From NCBI GenBank assembly GCA_964499705.1, contig CAZCME010000005.1, positions 186,001-247,425 on the forward strand: a DNA stretch of 61,425 nucleotides, written 5' to 3'. The translations under genes and the position numbers were made by a program. This DNA is from an uncultured bacterium (lineage in GTDB: Bacteria > UBA8481). Of this stretch, positions 55,417-61,425 are shown one piece after another; within the stretch, counting starts at the first letter, position 1, and the number at the start of each line of letters is the position of its first letter. The notes below the pieces were generated by a model that was not told the DNA's origin, did not search any database, and saw only the letters and a list, made by a program, of their open reading frames with translations.

Positions 55417-57729
55417 TTACGCGGAGGCGCCGACGCGGGCCGCCAGATATTCGCCGGTGACCGATTGCTCCGCATACACAAGCCCGGCGGGCGGTCCTTC
55501 AAAGATCACGCGGCCGCCATCGTGGCCTCCGCCCGGACCGAGATCGATCACCCAGTCGGCGCGGGCGATGACGTCGAGATTGTGCTCGATCACGATCACC
55601 GTGCATCCGTCGTCCACGAGGCGATCGAGGAGCGAGATCAGGTTGTCGACGTCGTTCATGTGGAGCCCCGATGTGGGCTCGTCGAGAACATACACCTGGC
55701 CCTCCTGCCGGCCCGATTTCCGGCCGTTCGTCATTTCGATGGCAAGCTTCAGGCGCTGGCGTTCACCGCCGGAAAGCGTGCTGAGCGCCTGCCCGAGGGT
55801 CATGTAGCCGAGTCCGACGTCGACCAATCCTTCGATCATCGGCCGGGTCGCCTTCTCCGTGAAAAATTCACGCGCTTCCACGGCGGTCATCGCGAACACC
55901 TCGGCGATATTCTTCCCGCGCAGCTTGAACTCCAGAACTTCCGCCGTGAAGCGCCTTCCCGCGCATTCCTCGCAGACGCTCGACACCGATCCCATGAAGG
56001 CCAGTTCGGTGTAGACGAGACCGAGCCCCTCGCAGCGCGGACAGGCTCCCTTCGAGTTCGCGCTGAAAAGGCCCGCGTCCACCTGGTTCGCCTTCGCGAA
56101 GGCTTTCCGGATCGCGTCGAGGATTCCGGTGTACGTCGCGGGATTCGATCGGCTCGATCCGCTGGTCAGCCTCTGGTCGATGAGAATAACGCCCTCGTGC
56201 TGGCGGGGAAAGACATGGCGGATCAGAGAACTTTTACCCGAGCCGGCGACTCCCGAGACGACAGTCAGGATTCCGACGGGCAGTTCTACAGTGACATCCC
56301 GCAGGTTATGAAGATTCGCGTTCTCGATCCGCAGGTATCCTTTCGCGGGCCGGCTCGAATTCTTGATCGACTGGTGCCTGCCGAGATGCCGGCCGGTGAG
56401 CGTGCCCGACGCGATGAGTCCTTCGACATTACCCTGGTAGACGATCCGTCCTCCGTCGGTTCCGGCATTCGGTCCCATGTCGACCACGTGATCGGCCAAC
56501 GTGATCATTTCCGCCTCGTGCTCGACCACGAGCACCGTGTTGCCCTTGTCGCGCAGCAAGAGGAGCAATTCACCTAGCCTGTTCACATCGTGCGGATGCA
56601 GACCGATGCTCGGCTCGTCGAAGACATACGTGAGATCGGTGAGCGCTGATCCGAAGTGCCGCACCATCTTCACGCGCTGCGACTCGCCTCCGGAGAGCGT
56701 CGATGATTCACGGTCGAGGCTCAGGTAACCGAGTCCGACGCGGGCGAGATTATCCAGAGAAGCGCAGAGACCGGCGATGATGGGTTCAGAACCCGGAGAA
56801 TCGATCTTCCGTACGAATGCGGCGAGATCGCTCACCTGCATCGCCGCGCACTCCGCGATGTTGCGGCCCTGCCCGCCGCCCACGGAAATCCGGGATGAAA
56901 GCGCGGCCTGGCTAAGCCTCGTGCCGCCGCACGCCGGGCAGGGCGCGTATGTGACCGCGCGTTCGACCGCGCGGCGAAAATGCGGCGCCATCGACTCCGG
57001 ATCCTTCGAAAAGTAGAGGCGCTTCATCTTCGGGATGAGCCCTTCGTATGTGGAATGGAACTTTCCGTTCCGGATCTTGACCTCGCCCGAATGAAGAAGT
57101 TTCTCCCACTCCTCTTCGGAATAATCGCGGAGCTTCCTGTCCGGGTCGAAAAATCCGGAATTGACGAAGATCGACCAGAACCACGAATCGACCGCGAACG
57201 TCGGAAACAGCAGCGCTCCCTCCTTCAGCGATTTCCCGCGATCGATGAGCGCATCGAGGTCGACCTTCGTCTCCCGGCCGATCCCTTCGCACGCCCTGCA
57301 CATACCTTCCGGGAGATTGAAGGAGAACGCGCCGGCGCCGCCGGCATGAGGTTGCCCCAGGCGCGAGAAGATGATGCGGAGCATGGTGTAGGCGTCGGTG
57401 GCGGTGCCGACCGTGGAGCGGGAATTCGCGCCCATCCGCTGCTGGTCGACGACGATCGCTGCCGAGAGATTGCGGAGCGAATCCACCTCGGGCCTGCCGA
57501 CCTGCGGCATGAACATCTGGACAAAGGCTGTGTATGTCTCGTTGATGAGGCGCTGCGATTCCGCCGCAATCGTATCGAAGACGAGCGAAGACTTGCCCGA
57601 ACCCGAGACGCCGGTGAAGACGGTCAGGCGCCGCTTCGGGATGTCGAGCGAAACATCCTTGAGATTATTCTCACGCGCGCCGCGAACCTCGATGGACCCG
57701 TAGGGCGACGATGATTCTTCCGAGGGCAT
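55417..57729 (-). CDS. UvrA-like ABC ATPase (class II, DrrC-like), not the canonical NER UvrA
   Basis: GARENNLK, GVSGSGKSS, two LSGGE motifs, DEPSIGLH and DEPTSGLH; at 770 aa it lacks the UvrB-binding domain. Confidence 0.9.
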   Translation of the reverse strand: MPSEESSSPYGSIEVRGARENNLKDVSLDIPKRRLTVFTGVSGSGKSSLVFDTIAAESQRLINETYTAFVQMFMPQVGRPEVDSLRNLSAAIVVDQQRMGANSRSTVGTATDAYTMLRIIFSRLGQPHAGGAGAFSFNLPEGMCRACEGIGRETKVDLDALIDRGKSLKEGALLFPTFAVDSWFWSIFVNSGFFDPDRKLRDYSEEEWEKLLHSGEVKIRNGKFHSTYEGLIPKMKRLYFSKDPESMAPHFRRAVERAVTYAPCPACGGTRLSQAALSSRISVGGGQGRNIAECAAMQVSDLAAFVRKIDSPGSEPIIAGLCASLDNLARVGLGYLSLDRESSTLSGGESQRVKMVRHFGSALTDLTYVFDEPSIGLHPHDVNRLGELLLLLRDKGNTVLVVEHEAEMITLADHVVDMGPNAGTDGGRIVYQGNVEGLIASGTLTGRHLGRHQSIKNSSRPAKGYLRIENANLHNLRDVTVELPVGILTVVSGVAGSGKSSLIRHVFPRQHEGVILIDQRLTSGSSRSNPATYTGILDAIRKAFAKANQVDAGLFSANSKGACPRCEGLGLVYTELAFMGSVSSVCEECAGRRFTAEVLEFKLRGKNIAEVFAMTAVEAREFFTEKATRPMIEGLVDVGLGYMTLGQALSTLSGGERQRLKLAIEMTNGRKSGRQEGQVYVLDEPTSGLHMNDVDNLISLLDRLVDDGCTVIVIEHNLDVIARADWVIDLGPGGGHDGGRVIFEGPPAGLVYAEQSVTGEYLAARVGASA

Positions 57730-57806
57730 CCGGAAATTTTATCGGAACGCGGCGGAGCCGTCGCGGGAAAAACCGGAAGGATGGATGATGTTACATTTCG
57801 TATGCC

Positions 57807-59171
57807 ATGTCATATCATGTCGCTCTCATGGTCGGCTCTTCTCCCCAACGCGCAACATTGGATGACTGGATCGCGCAGGACGCGATCCCGTTCTCCATCA
57901 CCGGTTCGCCTGAAAGCACGCATGCCCAGTTCGACAGGGTGATCGCGGCCATGGGGGATGGAGTGGAGCTGCTCGGATTCGGAGAAGCTCTTCACGGCGG
58001 CGAGGAGATTCTCATGCTGCGCAACCGGCTCTTCCAGCGGCTGGCGGAAGAGCACGGTTACAGCGCCATCGCCCTGGAGGGATGCAGCATGCCGGGCGTG
58101 AGCGTTCTGGACGACTACGTGGCCGGTCGGGATTCGATATCGTACGAGGCTGCGGCAAACTCCGGTTTCGGCCAGGGCTTTCGCGAGCTCGCGGCGAACC
58201 GCGAACTTGTGGAGTGGATGCGGCGCTACAATGCCGACCTTCCGCGCCGGGGCGATTCCCATCGCGTCCAGATCCGGTTTTACGGTTTTGATATTCCCAC
58301 GGCGGGATACTGCATCGCCAGTCCAAGCCGGGCGCTTCACGTTGTTCTCGATTACATCTCCTCGTCGGATACGGCCTCCTCCGATAAGGGAGAGGATCGT
58401 CGCAGGCGGATCGAAGAGCTGCTCGGCCCGGACTCCGACTGGGAAAATCCGGCGGCATACGCCGATCCGACAAAGTGGGTGGGGCTCTCCCCCCATGCCG
58501 CCGCGCTCCGCATCGAAACGGAGGATCTCATCTCCGAACTGCGTACGCGACGGCCCGAACTCGTGGCCCGAAGCGACGAGGAGCGATATCTGGAGGCGAT
58601 GCAGCATGCTTTCCTGGCGAGGCAGCTGTTGAACTATCACGCCGCGCTGGCGCGCAAATCGGACGCCGCCGTCCTTCTCGGCATCCGCGATGCGTTGATG
58701 GCGGACAACCTGGCGTACATCGTGAATCGTGAGCGTCCACGAGGAAAAGTGTTCGCCTTCGCGCACAACTCTCACCTGCAGCGCGGAAAGGCGATCCTGC
58801 CATGGTATTCCTTCTGGCCGGCGGGTTCTCATCTCAGGGAGATCTTCGGAAAGCGGTATGCCGTCATCGGTTCCGGAGTGGGTGTTTCCGATGAAAATGG
58901 CATAGGGGTTCCCGAGTCAGGCACGCTCGAAGCCCGGCTGACTTCGCGCGCGGAACCGGCGCTCCTCGTTCCAACGCGTGAAGGGGACGGCCTGCCGGTC
59001 GCGGAAATCGCCGCGCTGCCGACGCGATCGGGGAGCACGATGAATCCGAGCTATATGGCGCTCTCCCCGCAAAGCATCACGAATTTCGACTGGCTGGCTG
59101 TTCTGCACTCGACGGGATACAGCCGCGGTGGACCGCCGCTTCAGAAGCTGCCGGAAAGTAGAACGGCATAG
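57807..59171 (+). CDS. Erythromycin esterase (Ere/TIKI/ChaN-like) family protein
   Basis: GFGEALHG, IALE, LVEWMRRYN, FYGFD, RDALMADN and AHNSH. The start could instead be 57828. Confidence 0.85.
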   Translation: MSYHVALMVGSSPQRATLDDWIAQDAIPFSITGSPESTHAQFDRVIAAMGDGVELLGFGEALHGGEEILMLRNRLFQRLAEEHGYSAIALEGCSMPGVSVLDDYVAGRDSISYEAAANSGFGQGFRELAANRELVEWMRRYNADLPRRGDSHRVQIRFYGFDIPTAGYCIASPSRALHVVLDYISSSDTASSDKGEDRRRRIEELLGPDSDWENPAAYADPTKWVGLSPHAAALRIETEDLISELRTRRPELVARSDEERYLEAMQHAFLARQLLNYHAALARKSDAAVLLGIRDALMADNLAYIVNRERPRGKVFAFAHNSHLQRGKAILPWYSFWPAGSHLREIFGKRYAVIGSGVGVSDENGIGVPESGTLEARLTSRAEPALLVPTREGDGLPVAEIAALPTRSGSTMNPSYMALSPQSITNFDWLAVLHSTGYSRGGPPLQKLPESRTA

Positions 59172-59233
59172 AAAGGTTGCTGCCATTCAACGGGCCGGGT
59201 CAGTGAGAGAGGTATGGCGCGGTATGAAGCCAC

Positions 59234-60628
59234 TCAGTCTTCCGGTCGCTCACCGCTCCGCGCCATCTTGACGAGCCTCGGATCGAAACGCGCGCAGACC
59301 TCGACAAGGTCGTCCTGAGCGGCCATCACTGTGTGGATATCCTTGTAAGCCATGGGCACTTCGTCCAGTCCGGCTGACATCAGGGAAACATTTCGCTCGA
59401 TAAGATACCAGCGCACATCGTCCCAGCGGAATTTCGCCCGCGCGGCGGTCCGACTCATGGCGCGGCCCGCGCCATGAGAAGCCGAATCGAGCGAGCGCGG
59501 CTCGCCCTTGCCGCGCACGACGTATCCCGGGGAACCCATCGACCCGGGAATGATGCCGGGTACACCGCTTCCGGCGGGTGTCGCGCCCTTGCGATGTACC
59601 ACGACCTGGCGGCCGTCGTGATTCTCTTTCCACGCGAAGTTGTGATGGTTCTCGATATCGAGGAGCACTTCCGCGCCGAGATGCCTCGCGATATGTCCGT
59701 GTATCAATGCGTGATTCGCCGCGGCATATCGGCCCATCAGCTCCATCGCATGCCAGTATTCCTGGCCGTCCTCGCTGTCGAGCCCGAGCCACGCGAGGCG
59801 AGAAAGCTCCTGCGACAATTCCGCGTGAGCGGCTTTCGCCCGCTTGCTGTAATAATCCGCCACCTGCGCGCCCGCGCCTCGACTTCCGCTGTGCGTGAGG
59901 AGCGCGAGATAGATTCCGCTCTTCAATCCGAGCTCGTCCCGATCGAGCGTCAGCGTGCCGAACTCGACGAAATGATTTCCGCTCCCGCTCGTCCCGAGCT
60001 GGCTCCAGGCCTTGTCCTTCAGGCGGGATGTGACAGCAGTGCAATTCCAATCCTCATCCATGACACTGTGCTCGCGGCGATCACGAAACTCGGTGCCGAT
60101 ACCAAAGCGCGTCTCGGTCGTGATCGCATGGCGAAGCCGCTCCTGCGACGTGTCGAGGTGGGCCGTGGGAAGATCGAGCACCGTCAGTTTCATGCGACAG
60201 GCGATATCCACGCCCACCGCGTAGGGAATCACCGCGTTCTCGGCCGCGAGAACGCCACCGATCGGAAGCCCGTATCCAACATGAGCATCCGGCATCAATG
60301 CCCCGCGCCACGCGACGGGAAGTCTGCACGCGTTCTTCATCTGCTCGATGGCAGCCGGATCGATCCCGCTTCCCCAGGTTTCGAATCGCGCCGGCATCGC
60401 GCGTTCCCGGCTCGCCGACGACGGAACCGCAAGAGCGATGATCTTCTCCGCCAGAGCGCCGTATTCGTCGTGATCCGTGAAATCCTCCGGACAAGCCGCC
60501 ACCTGCGAAAGCGCTTCACTTATGGCGTTTACGGGTATCCCGCGGCCGGACATCCTCGCAACGATTTCGTGTGCGAGCGGCGCCGCGTCACGCGGAATTC
60601 CGCAAGATTCAAGTTGTCTGCGATTCAT
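59234..60628 (-). CDS. rtcB: RtcB family RNA ligase
   Basis: MPDAHVGYGLPIGG, VGVDIAC, GSGNHF, HSGSRG, HHN, HRKGAT, SHGAG. Confidence 0.95.
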   Translation of the reverse strand: MNRRQLESCGIPRDAAPLAHEIVARMSGRGIPVNAISEALSQVAACPEDFTDHDEYGALAEKIIALAVPSSASRERAMPARFETWGSGIDPAAIEQMKNACRLPVAWRGALMPDAHVGYGLPIGGVLAAENAVIPYAVGVDIACRMKLTVLDLPTAHLDTSQERLRHAITTETRFGIGTEFRDRREHSVMDEDWNCTAVTSRLKDKAWSQLGTSGSGNHFVEFGTLTLDRDELGLKSGIYLALLTHSGSRGAGAQVADYYSKRAKAAHAELSQELSRLAWLGLDSEDGQEYWHAMELMGRYAAANHALIHGHIARHLGAEVLLDIENHHNFAWKENHDGRQVVVHRKGATPAGSGVPGIIPGSMGSPGYVVRGKGEPRSLDSASHGAGRAMSRTAARAKFRWDDVRWYLIERNVSLMSAGLDEVPMAYKDIHTVMAAQDDLVEVCARFDPRLVKMARSGERPED

Positions 60629-60701
60629 CGCTGCGGCTCCTCATCAAATCATGTTATCATGAGTCCAGGTTCGGAAACGTTCCGGAGAGGATGGAGTGCT
60701 C

Positions 60702-61013
60702 ATGACCACAGACACCAGGGAAACCATCCCTGAAACTTCACAGGCGGCGAGGCCAGCGAGGCCGGGCCGCAATGAAACCTGCCATTGCGGATCGGGAAAG
60801 AAATACAAGAAGTGCCACCTCGAACAGGATGAGGCCGAGGAAAGAAAGCTGCACCAGTCGGCGTCAGCTCAAGCCGCGCTCGAAGCGGGGGCCGCGAAGA
60901 AAGAAACCTCCCCCGCCCATGATAAATCCTTCAGAAGCAAGCTTGTTCCTCCTGCCGCCAACAAGAGCGCGTATCACAAGTCCATGCACAACCGCAAGAC
61001 CGGGAGCAGCTGA
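60702..61013 (+). CDS. SEC-C metal-binding motif protein
   Basis: PGRNETCHCGSGKKYKKCH; GGAG RBS before ATG 60702. Confidence 0.88.
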   Translation: MTTDTRETIPETSQAARPARPGRNETCHCGSGKKYKKCHLEQDEAEERKLHQSASAQAALEAGAAKKETSPAHDKSFRSKLVPPAANKSAYHKSMHNRKTGSS

Positions 61014-61025
61014 TCGCGGTATTTT

Positions 61026-61173
61026 CGTAACTACTCAGGTGGCCCGCCCCGTCAAAGTGCTCCCTCCGAACCACGCATGGACACAACTAGACACGAATTG
61101 CCTTGCATATAAAAATATTTTGAACGAATCCTATTCGTGTCCATTCGTGGCTCGTACCTCCTGAGTAGTCACG
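61026..61173. repeat. MITE/REP-like element with nested inverted repeats
   Basis: Outer IR cgtaactactcagg (61026-61039) / cctgagtagtcacg (61160-61173, 1 mismatch); inner IR ccacgcatggacac...gacacgaat / attcgtgtccattcgtgg. Confidence 0.65.
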
Positions 61174-61369
61174 CATCTTCGACGAATCCTATGCGTGCTC
61201 ACTTGTCACGATGCATTCGTGAGCGCGCGAGGACCGTCGAAATGGATCGCTCCCATCGACTTGAAGTAGCATTGTAGTTGGGCAAAAGAATCTTGCGATT
61301 CGCGTTTCCGACCCGCCGATGCAGCGAGAATGGCATGATAAGCGCCGTTGGATTGTCAAACCTGAAAAC

Positions 61370-61425
61370 TGCCTGGGGACGGAATTGAACCGCCGACACG
61401 AGGATTTTCAGTCCTCTGCTCTACC
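61370..61425 (-). tRNA. tRNA-Phe(GAA), 5' part beyond window; CCA not encoded
   Basis: Reverse complement GGTAGAGCAGAGGACTGAAAATCCTCGTGTCGGCGGTTCAATTCCGTCCCCAGGCA shows a D-loop end, anticodon loop CTGAAAA and T-loop GTTCAATT. Confidence 0.95.

Noticed and set aside
55417-57729. Calling this gene canonical uvrA
   Set aside because: It is too short and lacks the UvrB-binding region; it fits class II UvrA-like proteins.
51177-61370. Genomic island integrated at tRNA-Phe
   Set aside because: No integrase or transposase and no duplicated tRNA 3' end was seen; GC looks similar to the rest of the window.

Overview
This is a high-GC chromosomal window from a flagellated diderm bacterium. It carries lptF/lptG and beta-barrel genes together with a fliW-csrA flagellar operon; the lineage cannot be fixed from the sequence alone. 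From left to right it contains: (1) an alpha-glucan utilisation locus (end of an outer-membrane barrel gene, CBM48-like lipoprotein, S8 protease-LamG protein with a CFI-box-CTERM-like tail, cytoplasmic GH13, a ~3,150-aa multidomain GH13 and a coupled exported partner); (2) a minus-strand run of a 2,150-aa SprA-like (T9SS-translocon-like) barrel, a nucleotidyltransferase-like/small-ORF pair and msrPQ, divergent from lptFG; (3) argS; (4) a flagellar region with four short flagellins, flaG, two GT9 glycosyltransferases, csrA, fliW, flgL, flgK, flgN and a yvyF-like gene, with sigma28 promoters, CsrA hairpins and a 1.2-kb structured non-coding spacer holding a dense GGA cluster; (5) M48, TPR, Trm112 and galT genes; (6) an accessory stretch (Asp-box propeller, TPR-CHAT, UvrA-like, erythromycin-esterase family, rtcB, SEC-C protein, MITE-like element) ending in a partial tRNA-Phe. 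The best leads are the SprA-like translocon with a Trp-repeat N-terminal extension near giant exported proteins, the giant atypical GH13 and its possible strand-complementing partner, a candidate CsrA-sponge RNA in a FliW-containing locus, and a Maf-like/GT9 fusion among the flagellins. All family calls rest on recognising motifs by eye, not on database searches.
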